Below, piece after piece: positions 1 through 9,719 of a stretch of 64,000 bases of DNA; positions within the stretch are counted from its first letter, which is position 1, and each line of letters starts with the position of its first letter. Source of the stretch: Candidatus Hydrogenedentota bacterium (GTDB taxonomy: Bacteria; Hydrogenedentota; Hydrogenedentia; Hydrogenedentales; SLHB01); contig CAVUWV010000036.1 in the NCBI GenBank assembly GCA_963745075.1, positions 64,001-128,000 on the forward strand, given 5' to 3'. Position numbers and translations under genes: made by a program. The notes beneath the pieces are model-generated. The model was not told the origin of the DNA and did no database searches. It saw only the letters and a list, made by a program, of their open reading frames with translations.

Positions 1-1
1 C

Positions 2-568
2 AAGGACCAGGGCCTGCCGGATGACGTATTGAATTCGACGGATGTAATGACATGGTGGGGGCACACCGCCCACGATAAAGTCAGCGACGAAAACGTCGCC
101 CGGGTGCATCAGCGCGTGTTGGATGGAATGGGCCTCGTCGTGCTGCACTCGGGCCACTACTCGAAGATATTCAAAAAACTTATGGGCACGACGTGCGAAT
201 TGCGCTGGCGCGATATCGGCGAACGGGAACGCATCTGGGTCGTCGATCCGGCCCATCCCATCGCGGAAGGACTGCCGGAGTATTTTGAACTGCCGCGCAC
301 CGAGATGTACGGAGAACACTTCGATATCCCCCAGCCGGATCGTCAGGTGTTTCTCAGTTGGTTCCAGGGAGGGGAAGTGTTCCGCAGCGGCTGTTGCTGG
401 CATCGTGGGAAAGGGAAGATCTTCTATTTCCGGCCGGGCCACGAGACATTGCCCATCTACTACGACGAGCACGTGCTCCGCGTCATCTATAACGGCATCA
501 AATGGGCGGCGCCGTCCGGCGTGAAGGAGATCCATCGCGGCAACGTCGAACCCTTGGAAAAGGTGTAA
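2..568 (+). CDS. thuA: ThuA-like trehalose utilization / class I glutamine amidotransferase-like protein (5' end outside the window)
   Basis: Motifs WWGHx[29 protein letters not shown] and FYFRPGHET; the frame is open from the window edge. Confidence 0.85.
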   Translation, partial: KDQGLPDDVLNSTDVMTWWGHTAHDKVSDENVARVHQRVLDGMGLVVLHSGHYSKIFKKLMGTTCELRWRDIGERERIWVVDPAHPIAEGLPEYFELPRTEMYGEHFDIPQPDRQVFLSWFQGGEVFRSGCCWHRGKGKIFYFRPGHETLPIYYDEHVLRVIYNGIKWAAPSGVKEIHRGNVEPLEKV

Positions 569-829
569 CCGCACGCATAATCGATGTACGGATTCCACTG
601 GAAACGCTAGGCACCAGCGTGGCTGTCTCGGGCAGTACCGGCGAGAAGCAGTACAACGACTGCTTGAATCCCGTCCAAGAGGACGCGTCTCACGAATTCG
701 TGACCGGTTCGATATTCATTCTCTGGCCCTTGCGTTCAGTCCTGGGTTGAAACGCCAGGCTGGTGCCAGGCGCTCCCAGTGGGGCTTCACCTCGATGACG
801 GGTGGAGGACCGCTTTCACCTCGTGGTGA

Positions 830-1912
830 CTACTTTGCAGCCGCCTCGGCCACTAGTCTGAAGGCCGTGTTCAACGGCTCGGGCTTCTCCGGCATGTCGC
901 CGATAGCCGAGTCGTTCCAGGAGACGATTATGTCAAGCGATGGAATGACGGCCATGCCGCGCATGCCGTTGGCGTGCCCCAATGCGGAAAAGATGTCCGG
1001 AGGACCGTCCGGCCAGAGCCGTTCACCGTCCGCGTTCACGCCGTTGAGCCACCAGAGCCAACTGTAACTTCCCTCATGGTTGGCCTGATTGTCCGGGACA
1101 CGCTGCGATCCGATGGTCCGTTGACCGGGGCACATTTCTGCCTCTTCGCCCGTCGTGCGGGGGATGGTGTTCGGGACGGGGCTCGTCGTAATTTGTTTGA
1201 CGTGCTCCTCGCTGATAAGTTGTTGACCGTCCCAACTACCGCCGTGCAGATAGAGGAGACCGAATCGGGCGAAATCTCGTGGCGACACCGCAATGCGGCC
1301 TGCCCGGTCGCCGGTTCCGAAGGCGAGGAACGACGGATTGTCCTGGCACTGAATCTTGTCCGTGAGACGCGCGTGCAACACGGTGTCGTCGACGGTGTCC
1401 ATGGTCACGCCATAGACCTTGAGAAACACGGTGTCCCACAGTAGGGCCATCTGCCAATCGTTGTAGTCGTAGGCCGTCCCGGGATCTTCACGAACGCCGT
1501 AGCAGGAGATTTGATTGGCCATGTGGCGAAAAGTCATCTTTCGGTCTTTGTACCCGAGGCCGGCGTTCAAGTCCTTGAGGCAGGGCACATAGTCCGCGAC
1601 GTGCGCGTCTACGCTCGGCAATATTCCGTCTTCGACGGCGAGGAAGAGGAAGTGGGTGATCCACGGTTTCAACGCGGAGGCCACGTCGCTCGCTTTCGTG
1701 ATGTCGCCCCACGAATAGACCAGGTACCCGTGCCGCACGACGCAGCCCCGGCCTCCCATAAAGTCGCGCAGCGCATCGAGTTCCTCGCTCTTGAGTCCAA
1801 CTTCCTCCGGGGAGCGCGTGTCCCATTTCCCCGTCGGAAACACACTCTGTGCGTTGGCGGAAACCAGGGTCGTCAATAGTAAGGCCGTCAAACCTGCAAA
1901 TTTGATGCGCAC
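830..1912 (-). CDS. Secreted serine hydrolase, beta-lactamase (AmpC-like) family
   Basis: Signal peptide; SxxK (SALK), YxD-like YDYND and the family segment SPRDFARFGLLYLHGGSWDGQQLIS. Confidence 0.8.
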   Translation of the reverse strand: MRIKFAGLTALLLTTLVSANAQSVFPTGKWDTRSPEEVGLKSEELDALRDFMGGRGCVVRHGYLVYSWGDITKASDVASALKPWITHFLFLAVEDGILPSVDAHVADYVPCLKDLNAGLGYKDRKMTFRHMANQISCYGVREDPGTAYDYNDWQMALLWDTVFLKVYGVTMDTVDDTVLHARLTDKIQCQDNPSFLAFGTGDRAGRIAVSPRDFARFGLLYLHGGSWDGQQLISEEHVKQITTSPVPNTIPRTTGEEAEMCPGQRTIGSQRVPDNQANHEGSYSWLWWLNGVNADGERLWPDGPPDIFSALGHANGMRGMAVIPSLDIIVSWNDSAIGDMPEKPEPLNTAFRLVAEAAAK

Positions 1913-1974
1913 GGCATTATCTCCCTTCGTAAACGTAATCCACTACTTCCCGTGAGGCTTTGTAACATCACGGT

Positions 1975-2583
1975 TTATTCGCGCCGCGTGTCCAGCAAGG
2001 CGTGCACGCGTTTTCGTAGCGCCGGTATGACTTCTGCTTCGAACCAATTGTTTTGTTGCAGCCAGTAGGTATTCCTCGGCGACGGGTGCGGCATGGGGAC
2101 GTATTCCGGGAAGTACTCCCGCCAGGCGCGGACGGTCTCCGTCAAGGTCTTCTTCCGTTTTTCCGCGAGGTAATAGCGCTGCGCATATTGCCCGGCGAGG
2201 ATGGTGAGTTTCACATTCGGTAACTGCGCCAGGAGCCGTGCGAACCAATGCTCGGCGCACTCGGGCCGGGGCGGTAAATCGCCGCCGCGCGGATTCCGCC
2301 CCGGATAACAATAGCCCATGGGAATGATCGCAACGCGCCGCTCGTCATAGAACGTATCGCGGTCCACATCCATCCACGCGCGCAACCGGTCACCACTGGG
2401 ATCGTTCCAGGGGATGCCGGTCTCGTGTACCCGCGTGCCGGGGGCTTGCCCCACCACGAGAATTCGCGCCGTCGCCGCTGCACGCAGCACGGGCTGTGGG
2501 CCCAACGGCAGCATGTCTTCGCAGATTCGGCACGCTCGAACTTCGGTTAGCAAGGATTCGAGCGTTTCTCGGTGGGCTTTCAT
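1975..2583 (-). CDS. Uracil-DNA glycosylase family protein
   Basis: Motifs CRIC, VGQAPG, GIPWNDPSG and PHPSPRN. The ATG at 2583 overlaps the upstream stop (TGATG). Confidence 0.9.
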   Translation of the reverse strand: MKAHRETLESLLTEVRACRICEDMLPLGPQPVLRAAATARILVVGQAPGTRVHETGIPWNDPSGDRLRAWMDVDRDTFYDERRVAIIPMGYCYPGRNPRGGDLPPRPECAEHWFARLLAQLPNVKLTILAGQYAQRYYLAEKRKKTLTETVRAWREYFPEYVPMPHPSPRNTYWLQQNNWFEAEVIPALRKRVHALLDTRRE

Positions 2584-3536
2584 CACGACGCGGGACGCGA
2601 CGTGGTTTCCATCTTTCCGGAAACTTCGATCGGGGAACTGGCGCCTCCTTTTGCGGCGGCAGTCCCGGACGCCGTCATCGTAGAAACCGACGTCCGCACC
2701 CAACCGGTCGCTTCCTCATATTCGGCCGTGCCGCTTCCCTTTCCCGTGATGGCCGCATTCTTCGGATTGGGGTTCGACGCGCCACCCGTCGGGCTCTTAC
2801 TCATTTCCACCGTGTATGCATAGTCGGTGTCGATCGTGGCGATGCCGTCTTCACGCTTTTCCAGCGTGTTGGTGGATTCCACCTTCGTTGGCATCGGAAG
2901 GCCTTCAAACTCCGAGTTGTTTCGCCAGGCGTCGCCGGGTTTCAGTGCCTTGTCGGGCACGTTCAGAAAGACGCGCCGCATCTGCTGCTTCATGGCCGCG
3001 TTGTCCAGGCCATGGCGAATCTGCTGCTTGACCTGTTCACCCGGAATATGGCCGGGCGCCTTGTAGGCATCCACCGCTTTGTCCGCGCAGGCGTCGGCGC
3101 CATCGACGCTCAGCACCTCGCCCAAGCAGCTCACGCGAATCGTGAATCGTTCGCCTTTCAGAACATCCAGCGCTTCTTGCTTCGACTTGTTGCCGAAAAG
3201 GTCGTCGATTCCGGGCGCATCTCCGCCGGGCAGACCCTCGGGAGCCGACATTTCCTCGTGAACGCTGTCGTACACCACGTCGAGGGTTACGGTACCATCG
3301 TCCGTCACCGCCGTCGGCGTCATGCTGTACGTGGCTTCCCGGACATTCCCGAAGGTGATGTCGCGCCCATTGAGCTTCATTTTCGTCGTTGTATTGTCCG
3401 ACGTATGGACCGACCGTGGTGCGTTCAGATCCGGGCGAAACAGCAGTTTGCCGTCATCAGCACTGTGACAACCGGTCGATAGAATCGCGATGCCGACCGC
3501 GAGAATCGCTGTAAGATGCTGAGGTTGGTGTGTCAT
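2583..3536 (-). CDS. Lipoprotein of unknown function (DUF6263-like), paralog of the 3645-4610 gene
   Basis: Lipobox LSTGC; beta-rich; PDKALKPGDAW motif shared with the neighbour. Confidence 0.7.
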   Translation of the reverse strand: MTHQPQHLTAILAVGIAILSTGCHSADDGKLLFRPDLNAPRSVHTSDNTTTKMKLNGRDITFGNVREATYSMTPTAVTDDGTVTLDVVYDSVHEEMSAPEGLPGGDAPGIDDLFGNKSKQEALDVLKGERFTIRVSCLGEVLSVDGADACADKAVDAYKAPGHIPGEQVKQQIRHGLDNAAMKQQMRRVFLNVPDKALKPGDAWRNNSEFEGLPMPTKVESTNTLEKREDGIATIDTDYAYTVEMSKSPTGGASNPNPKNAAITGKGSGTAEYEEATGWVRTSVSTMTASGTAAAKGGASSPIEVSGKMETTSRPAS

Positions 3537-3644
3537 GAACTCCTTTGTCCTGGGGTTGTACTAATTCCTACGGGGCGCCGCACCATAGCCGGGCAAGTCT
3601 CAGGATACCCGTGACGTTGTCGTAATTGCGGCGTTTGAGTGCGC

Positions 3645-4610
3645 CTATTGCTTCGGATATGACGTGATTTCGTTCTTGGCCGAGAACTCCATTGTCATGT
3701 TCATTCCCTTCATGGGGGAAATGGTTCCCGTGCCCTTGGCCGTGATGACTGCTTTGCGGGGCCAGCCGGTTGCATCCTCGTACTCGGCTGTGCCACTGCC
3801 CGACCCTTCCATGGTACCGCTGCCACCGCCGGATTTCATGGCCTCCCCCATGGGGCCCTTGCTGAAGTCCACCGAGTACTGGGTTGCGATGTTTAGATTA
3901 AGAATGCCGGCATTGCGCTCTCCGGCCGTAATCGTCATAGTCATATCGATCGGCATTCCGAGATCTTCGCGGGTCAGGTCTTCTTGCCAGGAGTCTCCGG
4001 GATTGAGCGCCTTGTCGGGCACTTTCATGAAGATTTGCTTCATCTGCTCCAGGGTTCCCTCATTTCCATATCCCTGGCGGAGTTGGGACTTGAGTTGATC
4101 GGCGGGAATGTGCGCCGGTCCCTGGAGGGCGTCGGCCACCTTTCCGGCCACCTCGTCTGCCCCTTCTACACCGAGCACGTCGCCGAACTTGCTGACCCGC
4201 ACCGTAAAGCGTTCGCCCTTGAGGGAATCGAGGGCTTTTTGCATCGCTTTGGTCCCGAACGGATCGTCCATGCCCGGAATCTGCGCCGCCCCCGCGCCGC
4301 CGAGCAACGCATCAAGACCTGTCACTTCCGTATCCACGTAATCGTAGACGACGTCAACGGCCACCGTGCCTTCGTCGTCTACCGCAGTCGGCGTCATCAC
4401 ATAGGTGACGTCCTTGGACGTGCCGAAGGTCATGTCCATCCCCATCAACTTGGACGTGTTCGTAAACGCTTCGGAAGTGTTTACCGTCCGGGCGACGTTG
4501 AGTTCTGGCTTGAACAGCAATTTGCCCTGGTCCGGATTGCCGCAGCCGTTGAACAGGATCGCGGCGCACAGCAACAGAGTCGCAATGAAACACACGCGCT
4601 TGGTTGTCAT
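3645..4610 (-). CDS. Lipoprotein of unknown function (DUF6263-like)
   Basis: Start re-called at MTTKRVCF; lipobox LFNGC; PDKALNPGDSW; collinear with the downstream paralog. Confidence 0.7.
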   Translation of the reverse strand: MTTKRVCFIATLLLCAAILFNGCGNPDQGKLLFKPELNVARTVNTSEAFTNTSKLMGMDMTFGTSKDVTYVMTPTAVDDEGTVAVDVVYDYVDTEVTGLDALLGGAGAAQIPGMDDPFGTKAMQKALDSLKGERFTVRVSKFGDVLGVEGADEVAGKVADALQGPAHIPADQLKSQLRQGYGNEGTLEQMKQIFMKVPDKALNPGDSWQEDLTREDLGMPIDMTMTITAGERNAGILNLNIATQYSVDFSKGPMGEAMKSGGGSGTMEGSGSGTAEYEDATGWPRKAVITAKGTGTISPMKGMNMTMEFSAKNEITSYPKQ

Positions 4611-4851
4611 GTCGGGACCCATCCTATAAGTTGCGCCGCCCCCGCAGAGGGCAGCCCCAAGTGGCTCCAGATAAACCCCACACATGGAGCACCCGAAGTC
4701 TATCACACAAACGGGGACTGATGTACAAACTATGCGTGCGTTGCACCATCGTCTGGCACCTGCCAAGGGCGGTTGCGTTTGCGCGCAAAACGCGGCAGAA
4801 TCTAGCCCATCGGTCCTGGTGAAATGGCGTTCCCAAAACGAATGGCTCTTT

Positions 4852-5184
4852 ATGGAAACGAATACGTTACCCTTTGAGAAGATCATCTTTGTCTGCACGA
4901 ACGAACGCGCGGAAGGCGAGCGCGTATGTTGCCGGGGCGGTGGCGGAGGCGAATTGCGCGACAAACTCAAGGCGATGGTGAAGGCGCGGCAAATGCGCTC
5001 GAAGGTGCGGGTCAGCCAGTCCGGCTGTATGGACAAATGTGAAGACGGTCCGAATATCATGGTTTTTCCGGATAATGTCTGGTTTTCGCACGTGACCGAT
5101 GCGGACCTTGAACCGCTCCTCGATGCGGTGACTCGTTCGCTGGAAACGGGTGAGCGCCTTGTCCCGCCCGAGGCGATGACGTAA
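4852..5184 (+). CDS. Thioredoxin-like [2Fe-2S] ferredoxin
   Basis: IFVCTNER...CC...SGCMDKCEDGPNIMVFPDNVWF motif. Confidence 0.9.
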   Translation: METNTLPFEKIIFVCTNERAEGERVCCRGGGGGELRDKLKAMVKARQMRSKVRVSQSGCMDKCEDGPNIMVFPDNVWFSHVTDADLEPLLDAVTRSLETGERLVPPEAMT

Positions 5185-5200
5185 GGTATAGGGGGCGTGC

Positions 5201-5368
5201 GAAATCCGATGCACGAAATTCGAAACAAATTCCAATGACCAAAATCCAAATGACTGAAACGTAGCAGTCCGGAGACTGATTGATGCAAGCCGGCATGTCC
5301 GTTTTCCCCATTTGGGATTTCGAGCATTAGAATTTGTTTCGAATTTCGGATTTCGTGCTTCGGATTTC
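5201..5368. repeat. Long imperfect inverted repeat built from ~7-nt units (GAAATCC/GAAATTC)
   Basis: Left arm gaaatccgatgcacgaaattcgaaacaaattccaatg (from 5201) matches the reverse complement of the right arm ...cattagaatttgtttcgaatttcggatttcgtgcttcggatttc (to 5368). Confidence 0.85.
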
Positions 5369-5395
5369 TCTTACATATTTGGAGTCAATCTACCC

Positions 5396-6116
5396 ATGGG
5401 TGTACTCGTTCTTGTCCGACACGGGCAAGCCTCGTTTCATGACGAGGACTACGACAAGCTGAGTCCGCTGGGCGAAGAGCAGTGCCGCCATCTCGGCGCA
5501 TTCTGGGTCCATCATGGGATCGGTTTCGATCGCGTGTGCTCGGGACCGCTGGCACGGCAGCGGCGGTCCGCGGAGATCGTTCGCGACGTGTTTACGGAAG
5601 CGGGCGCAGACCTTTCCGGAAATCGAGATCGTGGACGCCATTGCCGAGATGCCCGTCGAAAAGCTCGCGAAACGGTTCATGCCGCAGCTTTGCGCGGAGG
5701 ACGAGCAGGTCCTGCTCCTCATGCAGCGGTTCACCGAAACCGAGGACAAGCGGGAGAAGGAAAAGACTTTTCAGAAAGCCTTCGAGAAACTCATGCTGCT
5801 TTGGGCGAACGAGCAATATCAGGATTCGGAAATCGAAACCTTCGCGCATTTCCGCGAACGCGTCACGCAGGCCTATCGCGACATCCTTGCCGCGGCGACG
5901 AACGGCGAACGGATTGCCGCCTTCACGTCGGGCGGGCCGACGGCCATCGCCTTGAATATGGCCCTCGGTACCAGCGCGGAAACGACGCTGGAACTGGTGT
6001 GGCAGGTGCGCAACGCGTCCACCACGGAGTTTCTGTTCACCGACGGACGCTTTACCCTGAATTCGTTCAATTCCGTGCCGCATTTGAACGACCCCATGCT
6101 TTGGACGTACCGGTAG
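5396..6116 (+). pseudogene. Histidine phosphatase (phosphoglycerate mutase family) with one +1 frameshift near 5613
   Basis: LVRHGQAS and SGPLARQRRSA lie in one frame; FTSGG and SFNSVPHL lie in another. Removing one T from gaccttt-ccg gives a 239-aa protein. Confidence 0.8.
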
Positions 6117-6146
6117 GCGGGGCCTGCCGTAGAAAGGAAGCCGACG

Positions 6147-7368
6147 ATGGATTTCTCCATTCCCCAGCATATGCAGGACTTGCTCGGGTCCGTGCGCGAA
6201 TTTGTCGACAAGGAAATTATCCCGCTGGAACGCCGGGACCACGCGAAAGGGTTCAGGGCGCTGTTGCCGGAACTGCAGCGCCTGCGCGGCGAGGTGAAGA
6301 AGCGCGGCTGGTGGCTCCCGCAAATCGCGAAAGAGCACGGCGGGCTGGGCCTCAGCCTGGTCGAGCACGGACTCCTCAGCGCGGAACTCGGCCGTACGCC
6401 CATGGGCCACTTCTGTTTCAACTGCCAGGCGCCGGATTCCGGCAACATGGAAATCCTCATCCAGTTCGGCACGCCGGAACAGCAGAAGACGTTCCTGGAG
6501 CCGCTGCTGCGCGGCGAGACGCGCAGTTGCTTCGCCATGACCGAGCCCGAGCACGCGGGCTCGAACCCGGTGTGGATGAGCACGACGGCCGTGAAAGACG
6601 GGCGATGATTACGTCATCAACGGCCACAAGTGGTATACATCGTCGGCCGAAGGCGCCACGTTCACGGTATGCATGGCGGTGACGGATCCGAATCAACAGC
6701 CGCACTTCCGTGCGAGCATGATCCTCGTGCCGCTCGACAATCCCGGCTACCGGCTGGTGCGCAACATCGGTGTCATGGGCGACGCGGGTGAGGACTGGGC
6801 CAGTCACGGCGAGGTGCGTGTTCGAGAATTGCCGCGTGCCGCAGTCGAATCTGCTCGGCGCGCGAGGGCATGGGCTTCGCCATCGCCCAGGAGCGGCTCG
6901 GGCCGGGGCGCATTCACCACTGCATGCGCTGGATCGGGATCTGCGAACGCAGTTTCGACATCATGTGCGAGCACGCGGCCAAGCGCGAAGTCGCGCCGGG
7001 CGTCCCCTCGGGCACGCGGCAGATGGTGCAGCAGTGGATCGCCGACAGCCGCGCGGAGATCAACGGCGGCGCGGCTCATGGTATTGCACGCGGCGTGGGC
7101 CATCGAACAACACGGCGCGAAGGAAGCGCGCGACGAGATCTCGCTGATCAAGTTCACCGTCGCGAATACGATGCAGCGCGTTGTCGATCGCGCGATCCAG
7201 TGTCTCGGCGGCTACGGCGTGGCGGACGATTCGATCCTGCCGTACTTCTACCGTCACGAACGTCCCGCGCGGATTTATGACGGGCCGGACGAGGTGCACA
7301 AGCAGTCGGTGGCGAAACGCATCCTTAAACGGCACGGCATCACGATCAAATCCGGGGCCAATCAATGA
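6147..7368 (+). pseudogene. Acyl-CoA dehydrogenase with four +1 frameshifts (~6601, ~6820, ~6873, ~7065)
   Basis: Motifs FAMTEPEHAGS, INGHKW, AQERLGPGRIHHCMR and RIYDGPDEVH are spread across frames. Removing four single bases restores a ~405-aa ORF. Confidence 0.85.
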
Positions 7369-8429
7369 CGGGTCCCCTCGACGGCACGTCGCCCGTTCGC
7401 GAAGGCGAGGAACTGGATGCGGCGGCGTTGGAGCGGTACCTGTCCGACGCCGTGCCGGGCGTCAAGGGGCCGGTAGCGGTCGAACAGTTTCCCAGCGGCC
7501 ATTCGAACCTGACCTACCTGTTGCGCGCGGGCGACCGGGAACTCGTGCTGCGCCGTCCGCCCTTCGGGAGCAAGGTGAAATCCGCCCACGACATGGGGCG
7601 CGAATACACCGTGTTGTCGAACCTGCATCCCGTCTATCCGCCCGCGCCGAAGCCCCTGGCGTTTTGCGAAGACGAGTCCGTCATCGGCGCGCAGTTCTAC
7701 GTCATGGAACGGGTGAAGGGCGTCATCTTGCGTTCGGGAAAGCCGGCTGGACTGGAAACCACGCCCGAACTCGCGCGCGGGTGTTGCCAGGCCTTCATCG
7801 AAAACCTGGCCGATCTACATGCGCTCGATTACCGGGCCATCGGCCTCGACGCGTTGTATAAAGGCCCTAACTACGTCGAGCGCCAGGTGACGGGCTGGTC
7901 GAAACGCTACACGGGATCGCAGACCGACGACATCCCCGAGATTGACCGCGTCATCGCGTGGCTCCACGAACGCATCCCCGCCGACACCGGCGCGGTGCTG
8001 GTTCACAACGATTACAAGTTCGACAACATCGTGCTCGATCCCGACGACCTCACGAAGATCGTCGGCGTCCTCGACTGGGAAATGGCGACCATCGGCGATC
8101 CCCTCGCCGATCTCGGCACGTCGCTCGCCTACTGGATCCAGGCCAACGACGAAGAGATGCAGATCGTCCAATGCTTCCTCACCACCGAACCCGGCGCCAT
8201 GACCCGCATGGATCTCGCCGAAGCCTACGCCGCCCGCACCGGCCGCGACATCACCAACATTTTGTTCTACTACGTGCTCGCCCTGTTAAAACTGGCCGTC
8301 ATCGTCCAGCAAATCTACTACCGCTACAAACAAGGCCTCACCAAAGACGAACGCTTCGCCATGCTCATCGTCATGGTCCACCTGCTTGGGAGAAAAGCCG
8401 TCGTGGCGATTGAGTCGGGGACGGTGTAG
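7365..8429 (+). CDS. Aminoglycoside-phosphotransferase-like kinase (ACAD10/11 N-terminal type)
   Basis: GHSNLTY, LRRPP, HDMGRE, HNDYKFDN and VLDWEMATIGDP; ATGA overlap with the ACAD gene. Confidence 0.9.
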   Translation: MTGPLDGTSPVREGEELDAAALERYLSDAVPGVKGPVAVEQFPSGHSNLTYLLRAGDRELVLRRPPFGSKVKSAHDMGREYTVLSNLHPVYPPAPKPLAFCEDESVIGAQFYVMERVKGVILRSGKPAGLETTPELARGCCQAFIENLADLHALDYRAIGLDALYKGPNYVERQVTGWSKRYTGSQTDDIPEIDRVIAWLHERIPADTGAVLVHNDYKFDNIVLDPDDLTKIVGVLDWEMATIGDPLADLGTSLAYWIQANDEEMQIVQCFLTTEPGAMTRMDLAEAYAARTGRDITNILFYYVLALLKLAVIVQQIYYRYKQGLTKDERFAMLIVMVHLLGRKAVVAIESGTV

Positions 8430-8469
8430 GCGGAGCCGAACGAAGGTACCAGCAATCGCCCCGGAGTAT

Positions 8470-8494
8470 GTAGCGCAGGCGTCTCTCGCCTGCG
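8470..8494. repeat. REP-like hairpin
   Basis: gtagcGCAGGCGtctctCGCCTGC stem-loop. Confidence 0.5.
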
Positions 8495-9719
8495 GACTTA
8501 ATGAAATGCTCGCTGTAAAACAACAAGACTGCTGTCGTTCAGACTTCTTAAGCTTGGGTACCAAAGGCTCGACTATGTCGAAAAGTCTAAGTCGGAAGAC
8601 TCACCGATTTCGCGAGGAAGAAATACATATCCTTCATCCGAAAAAACTGGTGGAGTTTCTCGATCACGCCCTTGGCAGGCTACTTTTGAGCTTACGCGCC
8701 AGGTGCTTCGTGGATAGTCTGGGCTCCCAGTCAAGACTATTGAAATTCCCAGAAACACCATCGAGGTTTGTTGGAGATTCTGAAGCTAAACGTCCGATAT
8801 GAAAAACCGTCGGCGGAAAAGCTGCCTAGAGAGTGTCAGATGCTCTCCCCAAGGTCAAAGCTCCATCTGAGAATTCTGCGAACGTATCAGCTCTTTGTAA
8901 ACGGCACTTCCCATGTCAACACAGATTCTCTCTGGGCGACGAAGTCGCATATTCAGTGGTCAAGATCAGCCAATAGACTTTCGTGCCTGATTTTCTTGCA
9001 ACTTCTAAGATTGGCAAATCATTTGCCTCATTAATGATCTAATTCGCCCTCGCGCCCAATTGCCCCGCCCTGGTGGAATTTTTCAGTGGAATGATCTCAC
9101 CCTCAAAACGGATGCGATAGCTGGTCGCGTGTCCTTGTTGATTTCATTACCGATGTTTCAACCATTGATACTTCAAAAAAGCTGGTTTCCTGCTGGAATC
9201 TCAACGTAGAGGATACAAACGGACGAGTTTCTTAGTATCGTGTAAAACTCCGCCCGTGCGAGGGTCTCGCGATACTTGCTGCTAATCCGGGCGGTACATC
9301 GCCCCATGATCAAGACATTCGTTCATCCTTTTCCAATTGTAGTCACTTTCATTCAACATTTGTCGATAGGGCGCATAACCAAAGACTTGTGCTCGGATTT
9401 CAGTACAAGAGTATCCTTCGGTGATAGAATTGTTTTGGAGAGGACGTGATCGGTCGAAGGGAGGCGCACGATTCGATGGTCGCGATTAGATCGGATTTCC
9501 CACAGATACCGCATGTGGAACAGAGTAACGTCCCTTTTCTTACGGAAGTCATTCCCTGCCATATGGGTGAAGTCCTAATCGTTCTTTCGTGGCGGTAGCA
9601 CTTGAAGAATCAAAGTTGCAGTCATCGTGAATCTTGGGTATATGGCTTCTACGCTTTTCCGAATTTTTGAGCAATCAACCTGTGGTACCTTCTGCTTTCG
9701 CGTAGTCATCTTGCACCAC

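Noticed and set aside
4611..5327. N-terminal 240 aa of the 560-aa ORF 3645..5327
   Set aside because: It overlaps the ferredoxin on the opposite strand and the palindromic repeat; the lipoprotein signal starts at 4610.
5592..7157. Programmed frameshifting as the explanation for the broken ACAD and phosphatase genes
   Set aside because: Five separate shifts with no slippery heptamers; error or decay is more parsimonious.
9440..9530. CSTCGICGK on the minus strand resembling an FdhD motif
   Set aside because: It sits in a short stop-bounded frame with no other FdhD features.
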